Shown piece by piece: positions 39,399-48,684 of a stretch of DNA of 48,755 bases (position 1 is its first letter; every line of letters begins with the position of its first letter). The DNA lies in contig JBBIOM010000012.1 in assembly GCA_037443365.1 (NCBI GenBank), positions 1,250 through 50,004 of the forward strand. Reading direction: 5' to 3'. A program made the translations under genes and the position numbers. Below the pieces are notes generated by a model. It was not told the DNA's origin, made no database searches, and was given only the letters and a program-made list of their open reading frames with translations. This DNA comes from Armatimonadota bacterium (GTDB lineage: Bacteria > Sysuimicrobiota > Sysuimicrobiia > Sysuimicrobiales > Humicultoraceae).

Positions 39399-41012
39399 CT
39401 AGCGCGCAATGGTGTAGTCGTAGAACGCGCAGTCAAAACCCAGCAACCCGACATACTTGTACCCCTTGACGTAATCGCGATACGCGATGCGGTGCAGGGG
39501 GTTCGCGATGTAGATGCTGGGGGCGTCCCGGACGATCAGGATCTGCGACTCCCGGTAGAGCCTCATCTGCGTCGCCGGATCCACCGCGCGGCGGGCCTCA
39601 TCGAGGATCTTGGTGACCGCGGGGTTCTCGTAGAAGCTCATGCAGCGGAACGTGCCCCAGCAGCTCGGGTGGTACATCCCGTAGGTGTGGCTGTCGACGT
39701 GGGGGTACTTGAGCGTGTCGAAGATCGCCGTGATGTGCGGGGTGGTCTCCGCCTTGGCGGCGCGCTCCACCACGCGTCCCCACGGCTCGCCGATGATCTC
39801 GGTCTTGATGCCGATCTCCTCGAGGTCGCTCTTCAGGAGCAGGCCGATCAACCGCTCCATCGGCACCCCCGTGATCCAGAGGTACTCGAGCGTGATCTCG
39901 CCGGGCTTGAAGCCCGCCTCGCTCAGCAGTTGCCTGGCCTTGGCCAGGTTCCGGCCATAGACGGGCGTCTGCGGGTTCCATCCGGGCACCTTGACAGGCA
40001 CCGGCCCCCTCGCCTTGGTGGCGCCCACGAAGATCTGCTGGATGGCAATGTCGTAGTTGAACGCGTACGACACGGCCTGGCGCACCTTGACGTTGTCCAG
40101 CGGCGGCTTCTTGGTGTTCATCAGCAGGTGGAAGAGCTGAACGCTGGGATCTTCCTTCACGACGATGCCGGGCGTCTGCTTGAGTTCCAGGAAGCTGGGC
40201 GGCGAGAGCCACTGGTTCACCATGTCGGCCTGCCCGGCTATGATCAGCGTCTTGACCGTGGCTTCCTCGAGCACGGTCTTGTAGAAGACCTTGCTGATCT
40301 GCCCCGGCTTCCAGCCGCGCCAGTAGCCGTCGAAGCGCGCCATCACCATCTCGGTGGCGCGCTCCCACTTCTCCATGCGGTAGGGGCCCGATCCCGCGTC
40401 CTGCCGGTCGAGCATGGCCGCGCCGTAGTCCCCGAACTCCCCGAACGGTCCCGGGCGCAGGTTGGCCATGATAAGGTCCTTGTCCATGATGAACAGGAGC
40501 AGCAGCGTCCCGAGGAAGGGGGCGTAGGGCGCCTTCAGGTTGAACCGCACGGTGTGGCGGCCCGTGGCCGTCGTGCTTCCGGGCTCGAGCACGGGCGCCC
40601 ACACCCAGAAGAAGCCGCGCTTCAGGCGCAGCACGCGGTCCATGGTGAAGACCACGTCCTCGGCGGTCAACTCCCGTCCGGAGTGGAACTTGATCCCCGG
40701 GCGGATCTTGAACGTGTAGGTCTTGCCATCGGGGGAGATGGTCCACGACTCCGCGACGTGCGGCCTGGGATCCATCGTCCCCTTTTCGACGTTGGGATAC
40801 AGCAGCGGGTCGTAGAGGTTGATGGCCGCGTGCAGGCTGCTCTCGTCCACGGCCCCTGCCGGGTCGATCGAGGTGATGATCTGCTGCTCGATGTAGGTGA
40901 AGGGTACCTCTCGGGCCTGAGAGGAGACCGACGCGGGAAGCGCGATCAGCGTCACCGCCACGATCGCGGCCAGTGCGTTCGCCAGGTACCTGGATCGTCT
41001 CACCTGTATCAC
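39399..41012 (-). CDS. Peptide/nickel ABC transporter substrate-binding protein (family 5)
   Basis: Signal peptide, SIDPA, LYDPL, AESWTISPDGKTYTFKIRPGIKFHSG, GSGPY, VRQAVSYAFNY. Confidence 0.93.
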   Translation of the reverse strand: MIQVRRSRYLANALAAIVAVTLIALPASVSSQAREVPFTYIEQQIITSIDPAGAVDESSLHAAINLYDPLLYPNVEKGTMDPRPHVAESWTISPDGKTYTFKIRPGIKFHSGRELTAEDVVFTMDRVLRLKRGFFWVWAPVLEPGSTTATGRHTVRFNLKAPYAPFLGTLLLLFIMDKDLIMANLRPGPFGEFGDYGAAMLDRQDAGSGPYRMEKWERATEMVMARFDGYWRGWKPGQISKVFYKTVLEEATVKTLIIAGQADMVNQWLSPPSFLELKQTPGIVVKEDPSVQLFHLLMNTKKPPLDNVKVRQAVSYAFNYDIAIQQIFVGATKARGPVPVKVPGWNPQTPVYGRNLAKARQLLSEAGFKPGEITLEYLWITGVPMERLIGLLLKSDLEEIGIKTEIIGEPWGRVVERAAKAETTPHITAIFDTLKYPHVDSHTYGMYHPSCWGTFRCMSFYENPAVTKILDEARRAVDPATQMRLYRESQILIVRDAPSIYIANPLHRIAYRDYVKGYKYVGLLGFDCAFYDYTIAR

Positions 41013-41013
41013 C

Positions 41014-41862
41014 TCACCTCGCGAGATTGTGCGGAACGCTCGCCTGGGATGTCGAGGAGTCGCCTGCGCTTGGGCTTCCCAAAAGGAGCAACGATATCTT
41101 GCCGGCCGCCTGCCGGACCTCCCTGATCAGGTGCGGGAGGCGCTTGCCGGAGAACCGATGGGCAGGACCGCCGATGCTGACGGCGGCGATGACCTCCCTG
41201 CGCGAGTCCACGATGGGAGCGCTGATCGCGGCCACCCCGTCGTCGAACTCGCCCGCCGTGAACGCGTATCCATCGCGGCGAATCCGCGCGAGGTCACGGA
41301 GCAACCTGGGGCCGCTGGTGATGGTGCGCGCGGTGTGGGCAGGGAGGCCCCGGGCGATCACCTGCCGGATCACGTGGTCGGGCTGATACGCAAGGTGGAT
41401 CTTGCCGGCGGCGCCCGCGTGCCAGGGGGTGACCCTTCCCAGATGGAAACTCACCCGAATCCGCTGGGGGCTGTCAACCGTGTCCAGGCAGATCACGCCG
41501 TTCCGGCTGGGCGCGGTCAGTACCACCGACTCCCCGGTGTGCTCCGCGAGATCCAGCATGGCCGAGCGCGCGATCTGCCGGACGTCAAAGCGGCGGATGA
41601 CGACGCTTGCGAGCTCGAGCGGCCGCGTGCCGAGCGCGTACCGGCGGTCCTGCGCGCGCGCCACGTATCCGTGCTGCTCCAGCGTCCGCACGAGCCGGAA
41701 CACGACGGCCTTGCTCAGGCCCGCCGCGCCGGAGAGTTCGCTGATGCCCCAGCTGGCGTTCCCGTTGCCGAACAGGTCCAGCAGCCGGAGCGCCCGGTCC
41801 ACGGACTGGACCAGGCCCCGCGCGCCGGAGCGCTTCTCCCGCGGCCGGGCTGTGTTCCGCAT
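41014..41862 (-). CDS. IclR-family transcriptional regulator
   Basis: VQSVDRALRLLDLF, GLSKAVVFRLVRTL HTH, HAGAAGK, GVAAISAPI, AAVSIGGP. Confidence 0.93.
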   Translation of the reverse strand: MRNTARPREKRSGARGLVQSVDRALRLLDLFGNGNASWGISELSGAAGLSKAVVFRLVRTLEQHGYVARAQDRRYALGTRPLELASVVIRRFDVRQIARSAMLDLAEHTGESVVLTAPSRNGVICLDTVDSPQRIRVSFHLGRVTPWHAGAAGKIHLAYQPDHVIRQVIARGLPAHTARTITSGPRLLRDLARIRRDGYAFTAGEFDDGVAAISAPIVDSRREVIAAVSIGGPAHRFSGKRLPHLIREVRQAAGKISLLLLGSPSAGDSSTSQASVPHNLAR

Positions 41863-41899
41863 CGTGAAACCCCGTTTCTGCTTTACCTCGACACAGCGG

Positions 41900-41925
41900 T
41901 TCGCCGCCCTGTGCCAGATACCTGC
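41900..41925 (-). promoter_or_regulatory. Putative promoter GCAGG-N18-GAA for iclR
   Basis: Minus strand GCAGGTATCTGGCACAGGGCGGCGAAC. Confidence 0.4.
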
Positions 41926-41950
41926 CTCGGGGTATTGGGCGCCGTGCGCC

Positions 41951-43003
41951 TCAGTAGGGAGCCGCGGCCGGGGTCGACCCAAACGACAGGAAGAGCTTCT
42001 CCAGTGCCAGGCGGGCGTTCACGTTGCGGCGCAGCGACTCCTTCGCCGCCTCGACCGCCTCTATGCGCGCGCAGAGCGTCGCCTCGTCGTACTGCCCGGA
42101 CAGCCGTACGATCTGCGAGAGCCGGTCGCGGTTGACCAGCAGCGCGGGTGAGGCCAACTGCCTGTAGACCAGCAGGTCGCGGTACCACAGTACGGCCAGG
42201 TCGAGCATCTCGGGCAGCAGGTCGCCCGCCTTGCCCTGCGTCTCCTTGACCAGCGTCTCGGCCGCGTCGAGCCGCGCCAGCAGGTCGCCCTCCTCCAGCG
42301 CGGGCAGCAGGTCGAGGAGCCGGTCCCTGGCGGCCGTGCGCTCCTCGGAGTCGGCCCATTCCAGCGCGCGCCCGAGCCGGCCGTCGGCCAGCGAGGCGAG
42401 CACCCTGGCCCGGTCCTCCGGGATTCCCCGCCGCTCGACCAGCGCCCGCTCGATCTCGTCATACCGCAGGTACGTGCACCGCACGAGCTGGCAGCGGGAG
42501 GTGATCGTGGGCAGCAGCGCCACCGCGGACTCGGCGATCAGCACGAACGTGACGCGCGGGGGGGGTTCTTCCAGTATCTTGAGCAGGCTGTTGGACGAGG
42601 CCGGGTTCATCCTCTCGGCGTCGGCGATGATGTAAATCTTGCGGCGGCCCTGGTAGGGCGGGTACGCGGCGTCCTGGCGCAGGGCGCGGATCTGGTCAAT
42701 CGGGATCTCCTTGCCGCGGTAGTTGCGGTCGGGCGCCTCGAAGAACTTGCCGTGCGCCACGTCCAGGATGCGCACATCGGGGTGTGTGCCCCGCGCTATC
42801 CGGCGGCACGCGTCGCACTCCCCGCACGCGTCGCTGTCCGGACGCTCGCAGTTGAGGAACTGCGCGAACGCCAGCGCCAGCGATCGCCGTCCCACGCCGC
42901 CCGGGCCCACCAGGAGATAGGCGTGCCCGATCTTTCCTGCGCGCACCGCCGACCTGAACAGCAGGATGGCGTGATTCTGGTTGACGACGTCGCGGAACGC
43001 CAT
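41951..43003 (-). CDS. holB: DNA polymerase III subunit delta'
   Basis: HAYLLVGPGGVG, CGECDAC zinc motif, HPDV, IDQIR, NSLLKILEEPP, LLPTITSRCQ; next to tmk. Confidence 0.93.
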   Translation of the reverse strand: MAFRDVVNQNHAILLFRSAVRAGKIGHAYLLVGPGGVGRRSLALAFAQFLNCERPDSDACGECDACRRIARGTHPDVRILDVAHGKFFEAPDRNYRGKEIPIDQIRALRQDAAYPPYQGRRKIYIIADAERMNPASSNSLLKILEEPPPRVTFVLIAESAVALLPTITSRCQLVRCTYLRYDEIERALVERRGIPEDRARVLASLADGRLGRALEWADSEERTAARDRLLDLLPALEEGDLLARLDAAETLVKETQGKAGDLLPEMLDLAVLWYRDLLVYRQLASPALLVNRDRLSQIVRLSGQYDEATLCARIEAVEAAKESLRRNVNARLALEKLFLSFGSTPAAAPY

Positions 43004-43018
43004 GCCGGCTACCCGACC

Positions 43019-43348
43019 CTAGACCCGCTCCATCCGCTCGACGTCCAGCACGAAGACGATGGCGCCCCCGACCTCCACCTTAACCGGATACGTCACGTAG
43101 GAATCCACGGGTTCCACTACCGGCGGGATGGGCGTCATGAGCTGCTCGCGCCGCTCGCAGACGCGCCGGACCACATCGAGCACGCCCTCCACCTGAGCAT
43201 CGTCCACGCCGCTGAGGATCGTGGCGTTCCCCGCGCGGAGAAACCCCCCGGTAGAGGCCAGCATCGTCGCCTGCGCGCCGGCCTCGGTCAGCGCCTCGAT
43301 GAGCCGCCCCCCATCTTGCTCCTGCGCGATCACCAGCACGAGCTTCAC
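43019..43348 (-). CDS. darA: Cyclic-di-AMP receptor, PII-like (DarA/PstA/YaaQ)
   Basis: KLVLVIAQEQD, TMLASTGGFLRAGNATILSGV, VEVGGAIVFVLDVE; GTG 43348 overlaps the tmk stop. Confidence 0.9.
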   Translation of the reverse strand: MKLVLVIAQEQDGGRLIEALTEAGAQATMLASTGGFLRAGNATILSGVDDAQVEGVLDVVRRVCERREQLMTPIPPVVEPVDSYVTYPVKVEVGGAIVFVLDVERMERV

Positions 43349-44031
43349 GAGAACCACCCCCGGCAGCCCAGCAGGCGAAGGAAGGCGTCTGCCAGCGCCT
43401 TGTGAACCTCGTCAGCAGGCAGGGTGCCGTCTGCGACCACGAACCGCGAGGGCTCTTCGCGCGCCAGTTGCAGGAATCCTGCGCGCACCCGCCGGTGGAA
43501 ATCCAGCGTCTCCTGCTCCAGGCGGTCGCCGCGCCCTCGGGGGCCCTCCTTCCCGCCGGCGCCCCGCGCCCTTGGCAGGCCAACTTCCGGGTCCACGTCC
43601 AACAGCAGGGTCAGATCGGGCCGAAGGCCGCCTGTCGCGACCTCGTTCACGCGGCGCACCACCTCGACCGAAAGCCCCCTGCCGTAGGCCTGGTAAGCGA
43701 TCGAGGCGTCCACGAAGCGCTCGGAGAGGACGCAGGTGCCCGCCTCGAGCGCCGGGGTCACCACCTCGCGCACGTACTGCGCCCGGCTGGCGGCGAACAG
43801 CAGCATCTCGGTGGCGGCGGACATCCCGTGATGGCGCTCGTCGAGGAGCACCGCGCGGATGGCCTCGCCTATCGCGGTCCCGCCGGGCTCCCGCGCCAGC
43901 AGCAGGGGGACCTGGTCACGGAACCGCGCGTGCAGCCTGCGCGCGTGGGTGCTCTTCCCGGAGCCCTCCGGGCCCTCGAGCGTGATGAAGAGGCCGCGCC
44001 TGCGGGTGGGATTGGTGGGGTTCGTCACCAT
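43345..44031 (-). CDS. tmk: Thymidylate kinase
   Basis: FITLEGPEGSGKST, REPGGT, LLFAASRAQ, RFVDASIAYQ.YGRG, PDLTLLLD, DRLEQE. Confidence 0.95.
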   Translation of the reverse strand: MVTNPTNPTRRRGLFITLEGPEGSGKSTHARRLHARFRDQVPLLLAREPGGTAIGEAIRAVLLDERHHGMSAATEMLLFAASRAQYVREVVTPALEAGTCVLSERFVDASIAYQAYGRGLSVEVVRRVNEVATGGLRPDLTLLLDVDPEVGLPRARGAGGKEGPRGRGDRLEQETLDFHRRVRAGFLQLAREEPSRFVVADGTLPADEVHKALADAFLRLLGCRGWFS

Positions 44032-44039
44032 CGCTCCGC

Positions 44040-45581
44040 CTACCTGGGGTGGATGATCACGCGGCGGTAGGGCTCTTCGCCGTGGCTCTCCGACTGGAGC
44101 CCGTAGCGCCCGACGAGCTGGTGCTGCAGGCGCCGGATGTAGGCGTTCTGCGGCGCCAGCTCGACCGAACGGGAGGACTCGAGCACCTGCGCGACCGCTT
44201 CCTCGACCTCGTGCAGCGCCGCCTCGCCCTGGGCCTCCTCCTCTGGCAGCGCGAAGATCTCGCGGAGGAACTGCTGTATCTGCGTGACGGTGTTGCTGCG
44301 TAGCACGTGCACCTGCATCCCCCGCGCAGCCGCGTCGCGCAGCCGCCTGGGTTGGCGCTTCTCCTGCGACTTCAGCGTCAGCACAATGTCCGCCTCCCCC
44401 AGCGAGGCCACGATGTAGGCCGGGACGCGCAGCTCGCGGATCGCCCGTTCCAGCCGGTTATGGCTGACCGCGTACGGGAAGATGCGCAACACCTGGCGCG
44501 CGGGGCGTCCCGCGCCCGCAGGAGGCGACGCCGCGTACGGGCCTTCGGGCGCCCACGCCTGGGCGGGCGGCGCGGCCGGCGAGATCTCCACCTCGCCGCC
44601 GGCGGTGCGCGCGCGCAGCTCCGGCCGGGGCAGGGCTCCGCGCAGGTACCTGTCGACCACCGTGGCGACGTCGCGGTGCACGGCAAGGCGGTCCTTGTCC
44701 TGGATCTCGATCAACACGTCGAAGGTCGGCGGCGCCTTGCGCTCGAGCACCGTCTTCTGGGTGCCGCGCCGGCGGGCTTCCTCGTCGGAGAGCGTCACCG
44801 CCTGGATGCCGCCCACCAGGTCGCAGAGGGTCGGGTTTGCCAGCAGGTTGTCGAGCGTGTTGCCATGGGCGGTGGCGATCAGCTGCACGCCGCGCTCGGC
44901 GATCGTGCGGGCCGCCAACGCCTCGGCCTCGGTGCCTATCTCGTCAATGACCACGACCTCGGGCATGTGGTTCTCGACCGCTTCTATCATGACCGCGTGC
45001 TGCAGCGCGGGGATCGGCACCTGCATCCGTCGGGCGGCGCCGATCCCCGGATGCGGGATGTCCCCGTCGCCGGCGATCTCGTTGGAGGTGTCCACCACCA
45101 CCACGCGCTTGCGCAGCTCGTCCGCTAGCACCCGAGCGGCCTCGCGCAGGAGGGTCGTCTTGCCCACTCCCGGGCGCCCCAGCAGCAGTATCGAGTGCCC
45201 GGACTCGATGACATCGCGCACTATGTCCACCGTGCCGATCACGGCCCGACCCACCCGGCAGGTCAGCCCTATGATGTCGCCCTGCCGGTTGCGGATCGCG
45301 CTTATGCGGTGCAGGGTCCGCTCGATGCCGGCGCGGTTGTCCTTGCCGAACGCTCCAACACGCTCGGTGACGTACCGGATCGAATCGCGCTCGACGAAGG
45401 CCTCGTCCAGCGCCAGGACCTCGTTGGGGAAGCGGGCCTCGGGCCGCCGTCCCAGGTCCAGCACCACCTCCAGGAGCCCATCCAGGTCTGGACGCTGCTC
45501 CAGCGTGGCGCGCAGTTGGGGCGTGAGCACCTGAAGGAGCAGGTCGAGGTTGTCGGTGACGCGGGTCTGGCGGCCGATCAC
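44040..45581 (-). CDS. SpoIIIAA/Ycf45-like AAA ATPase with C-terminal R3H domain
   Basis: LDLGRRPEARF, LHRISAIRNR, GRPGVGKTT, VDTSNEIAGDGD, IDEIG, ELAPQNAYIRRLQH. Confidence 0.9.
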   Translation of the reverse strand: MIGRQTRVTDNLDLLLQVLTPQLRATLEQRPDLDGLLEVVLDLGRRPEARFPNEVLALDEAFVERDSIRYVTERVGAFGKDNRAGIERTLHRISAIRNRQGDIIGLTCRVGRAVIGTVDIVRDVIESGHSILLLGRPGVGKTTLLREAARVLADELRKRVVVVDTSNEIAGDGDIPHPGIGAARRMQVPIPALQHAVMIEAVENHMPEVVVIDEIGTEAEALAARTIAERGVQLIATAHGNTLDNLLANPTLCDLVGGIQAVTLSDEEARRRGTQKTVLERKAPPTFDVLIEIQDKDRLAVHRDVATVVDRYLRGALPRPELRARTAGGEVEISPAAPPAQAWAPEGPYAASPPAGAGRPARQVLRIFPYAVSHNRLERAIRELRVPAYIVASLGEADIVLTLKSQEKRQPRRLRDAAARGMQVHVLRSNTVTQIQQFLREIFALPEEEAQGEAALHEVEEAVAQVLESSRSVELAPQNAYIRRLQHQLVGRYGLQSESHGEEPYRRVIIHPR

Positions 45582-45607
45582 GTGGGCTCCGTCATGGTCC
45601 GATCCTG

Positions 45608-45613
45608 ATTATA
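45608..45613 (-). promoter_or_regulatory. Perfect sigma70 -10 box (TATAAT) upstream of the R3H-tmk-darA-holB unit
   Basis: + strand ATTATA in a short intergenic gap of a very GC-rich sequence; -35 not evident. Confidence 0.5.
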
Positions 45614-45615
45614 GG

Positions 45616-46863
45616 CTAGAACAGGCGCGTCTGCGAGGGCGGCTCGGCCACCTCCCGGATCTCCTCGCCGTCCTCGAAGATGCTTATCTCGCCGAAGACG
45701 CCGTCGTACCCGGCCGCGATGCGCACGCGGCCCTCGCGCACCCTGCGGAGGCCCTCGGCCACGCGCGGCGTGCTACACCTGCGCACCTCCTCCACCGGCG
45801 CGTCCAGCAGGACGTCAAACTCGCTCCCAAAGGCGCCACAGAGCTTGTAGTACTCCTCCCTCACCCCGACCGTCCCGGGCTTGGCGCCCAATGCCCCGGC
45901 CACTATCTCCTCCAGTGGAACGAGGTTGCGGTACGGCACCGCGCCCTCGGGCACGAAGCCCTCTTCGCGGTCGGCCAGGCGCTCCACGCGGTGCAGCACC
46001 CCGACGGTCGGCGGCTTCCCGCACACCGGGCACCTCCCGCCGGCTGCCGCGGTCTCCTTGGGCGACATGCGGCGGTTGCAGAGCCGGTGCCCGTCGTAGT
46101 GATACTTGCCCTCCTCCGGGAAGAACTCGATCGTGTAGAGGAACCGCGAGAGGTCCTTCTCGCGCAGGACCCGCATGATCTCGAAGTAGTCGGGATCGCA
46201 GGCGAACACGTTCGCCTCGCGCCCCATCTTGGCCGGCGAGTGCGCGTCGGAGTTGCTCATCAGGGCAACGCGGTCGAGCTCGGACAGGCGCCAGTTCATC
46301 GGCGGGTCGCTGGAGAGGCCCGTCTCCACGGCCGCGACGCGCGCGATCTGATCCCCGAAGCACTCGGCGATCGAGTCGAAGCCCGACATGCTGCCGTAGA
46401 GCGAGAACCAGGGCGTCCACGCGTGCGCGGGCACGACCATGCAGTCCGGTGAGATCTCCGTCACGTACTCGACCAGGCGGTCGGACGGCAGCGTCAGCGT
46501 CGGCCGGCCGTCGGCCATCAGGTTGCCGAAGCGCCCCAGCACCGCGTTGATCCGGTCTGCCGCCTCGAACGACGGCGCGAAGAGGATGTTGTGGATCTTG
46601 CGCAGCCTCCCCGCGGCCGAGTAGATGCTCGAGACCTCGGCGGACAGCATGAAGTGCACGCCGTCCCTGACGTACAGCCCAGGGGCGCCCGGCTCGAGCT
46701 TGTCGCGCAGTTCGCGCAGCCAGACAGGATGCGTGAAGTCCCCGGTACCCAGCACGCCGATGCCCTTGATCTTCGCCCAGCGGGCCATGTTCTCGACGTC
46801 CATGTCGCGGCTGGTGGCCCGGCTGTAGCGGGAGTGCAGGTGGAGATCGGCGATCAGGCGCAT
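45616..46863 (-). CDS. Endonuclease Q family protein (PHP domain + Zn ribbon)
   Basis: ADLHLHSRYSRATS, GTGDFTHP, PAHAWTPWFS, ETGLSSDP, NSDAHS..KMGREAN, EGKYHYDGHR.C, CPVCG, AGYDGVFG. Confidence 0.9.
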   Translation of the reverse strand: MRLIADLHLHSRYSRATSRDMDVENMARWAKIKGIGVLGTGDFTHPVWLRELRDKLEPGAPGLYVRDGVHFMLSAEVSSIYSAAGRLRKIHNILFAPSFEAADRINAVLGRFGNLMADGRPTLTLPSDRLVEYVTEISPDCMVVPAHAWTPWFSLYGSMSGFDSIAECFGDQIARVAAVETGLSSDPPMNWRLSELDRVALMSNSDAHSPAKMGREANVFACDPDYFEIMRVLREKDLSRFLYTIEFFPEEGKYHYDGHRLCNRRMSPKETAAAGGRCPVCGKPPTVGVLHRVERLADREEGFVPEGAVPYRNLVPLEEIVAGALGAKPGTVGVREEYYKLCGAFGSEFDVLLDAPVEEVRRCSTPRVAEGLRRVREGRVRIAAGYDGVFGEISIFEDGEEIREVAEPPSQTRLF

Positions 46864-48086
46864 GGGCGGCCAGGCGGCGCCAGGTGGAGGCCGCGCAGGG
46901 CGGAGCGCAGCCCGCATACCATCACGGGGCGCAGCAGGCGCGACTGGTACTGCGTGTCGCCATGCTCTTCCACCGCGCGGCGCAGGTCCTCGTCTGAGAC
47001 AAGCGCGCGGATGAGCGCGCTCACGTGCCGGTCGGTCAGACGGTTGAGCGCGCGCCGGACCAGGCGCGTGAACAGCAGCTCGCGCCCGAAGGCCGCGCGC
47101 CAGGAGCGCTCGTATCCGGCCAGCGCGCCTCGGGCTCCCCCCAGGTACGCGGCCGCGGCCCCCCCGGCGATCTCGCCCGCCTGCATCGCGAAGTAGACGC
47201 CGCCGCCGCTGGTGGCCTTCACGTGCCCTGCCGCATCGCCTGCGACCAGCATCCCGTCGGTGTAGGTCGGGCCGCGCCGCCCCCTTACGGGGATGCGCCC
47301 GCCGAACCTGCGCACGATCCTGGCGTTGCGCACGCGCGTGGATGCGGCCGGGTGCGCGGTGCGCAGGGCCTCGAGATAGTGGACCGCAGGACGGGAGGCC
47401 CACCTCGGGTCCACCGCCACCCCGAGACGCGCCCTGTCCTGGCCTGTGGGCACAAGCCAGCCGAAGAAGCCCGGGGCGACGTCCCAGCCGAAGTACAGCT
47501 CGGGCGCGTCCTCCTGCTCGATCGCGACGCCCTCGAGATCGTACTGCAGCGCGTGCACGAAGCCCGGCAGCGGCGCCAGGCCGAGTTGCGCCGGCAACAC
47601 CGGGGATGCGCCCTCGGCGTCAATGACCAGGGCCGCGGTGATCTCAAGGCGCGCGCCTTCGCGGTCCACCTCGACGCGCAACCCTCGTGAGAGCGGGCGG
47701 CCCCCTGCGCGAAGGGAGACGCGGGATACTGTGCGCGCACGCGCCCCTGTAATCACCTCTGCCCCCATTGCCGCGGCCTGCTCTGCCAGGAGCCGGTCGA
47801 GCGCCGCGCGGTCCACCATGTAGGAATCCGCCGAGGCGCGGCGCACCCGGGCGGCCGTGCCATCGGGGGCATGAAGCGACACGCCCCGCAGCGCGTTCTG
47901 CGCCAGCGAGGCCGGCAGGCCGAAGCGCGCGAAGGCATGCGCCGACAGCTTGCCGGCGCAGTGGACCGGACGCCCGACCTGGGCATGCTCCTCCAGCAGC
48001 ACCGTGCGCAGGCCGCGCGCGGCGCACGTGCGAGCCGCAGTCGAGCCCGCAGGCCCTGCCCCCACAACCAGAACGTCACAGAACAT
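46854..48086 (-). CDS. Geranylgeranyl-reductase-family FAD-dependent oxidoreductase
   Basis: DVLVVGAGPAGS, GRPVHCAG, DRAALD, IDAEG, APGFFGWLVP, AGDAAGHVKATSGGG; start may be 48086 or 48113. Confidence 0.88.
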   Translation of the reverse strand: MFCDVLVVGAGPAGSTAARTCAARGLRTVLLEEHAQVGRPVHCAGKLSAHAFARFGLPASLAQNALRGVSLHAPDGTAARVRRASADSYMVDRAALDRLLAEQAAAMGAEVITGARARTVSRVSLRAGGRPLSRGLRVEVDREGARLEITAALVIDAEGASPVLPAQLGLAPLPGFVHALQYDLEGVAIEQEDAPELYFGWDVAPGFFGWLVPTGQDRARLGVAVDPRWASRPAVHYLEALRTAHPAASTRVRNARIVRRFGGRIPVRGRRGPTYTDGMLVAGDAAGHVKATSGGGVYFAMQAGEIAGGAAAAYLGGARGALAGYERSWRAAFGRELLFTRLVRRALNRLTDRHVSALIRALVSDEDLRRAVEEHGDTQYQSRLLRPVMVCGLRSALRGLHLAPPGRPCA

Positions 48087-48100
48087 GTCTCTCCGCCCGG

Positions 48101-48155
48101 TTCGTTCCACCATCAGGGCTCTCCTGCATGCAGGGCAGCATCGCCGCCCGGCGAA
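48101..48155. promoter_or_regulatory. Back-to-back divergent promoter motifs sharing the palindrome CCTGCATGCAGG
   Basis: Minus: GCAGG(48127-48123)-N19-GAA(48103-48101). Plus: GCAGG(48130-48134)-N18-GAA(48153-48155). Confidence 0.5.
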
Positions 48156-48183
48156 CCCCAATCCCTGTGGAGGTGCACCACCC

Positions 48184-48684
48184 ATGAAGCGCGCTCTCTG
48201 CCTGCTGATCCTGGGGATTGCCGCGGGCGCAATCCCGGCCGCCGGATGCCGCGCGCAGGGCGCACCCGCCCCCCCGGGCGCGGCCCTGAGCGACGGTCGG
48301 GGCACGCTGCAGATCTACCAGAACGGCCTGCGCTCGACGCTGCAGGTGGAGATCGTGGCCTCGATCGAGACACGGTCCAGGGGCCTGATGTTTCGCACCT
48401 CGCTGCCCGAGGACGCCGGCATGCTGTTCGCCTTCGAGGCCGACGGCCGCTGGGGATTCTGGATGAAGAACACGCTGATCCCGCTCTCGATCGGGTTCAT
48501 CGACAGCGGCTGGCGCCTGCTGGAGGTGCTGGACATGGCGGTCGCGCCCGATCCCGCCAATGGGCCGTTCGTGATCTACGAGCCGGGCAGCCCCTACCGC
48601 TATGCGCTCGAGGTGAACCAGGGCTACTTCAGGCGCAAGGGCATCTCACCGGGAGCGCGCCTGGAGTTGATCCCGGGCAGGTAG
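48184..48684 (+). CDS. DUF192 domain-containing exported protein
   Basis: Signal-like N-terminus; VEI, RSRGLMFRTSL, GMLF, FWMKNTLIPLSIGFID, YALEVNQG; SD GGAGG. Confidence 0.92.
   Translation: MKRALCLLILGIAAGAIPAAGCRAQGAPAPPGAALSDGRGTLQIYQNGLRSTLQVEIVASIETRSRGLMFRTSLPEDAGMLFAFEADGRWGFWMKNTLIPLSIGFIDSGWRLLEVLDMAVAPDPANGPFVIYEPGSPYRYALEVNQGYFRRKGISPGARLELIPGR

Noticed and set aside
27885-46863. Functional link between nfo/EndoQ and the purine-deamination island
   Set aside because: Both sit in housekeeping contexts well away from the island; proximity is probably coincidental
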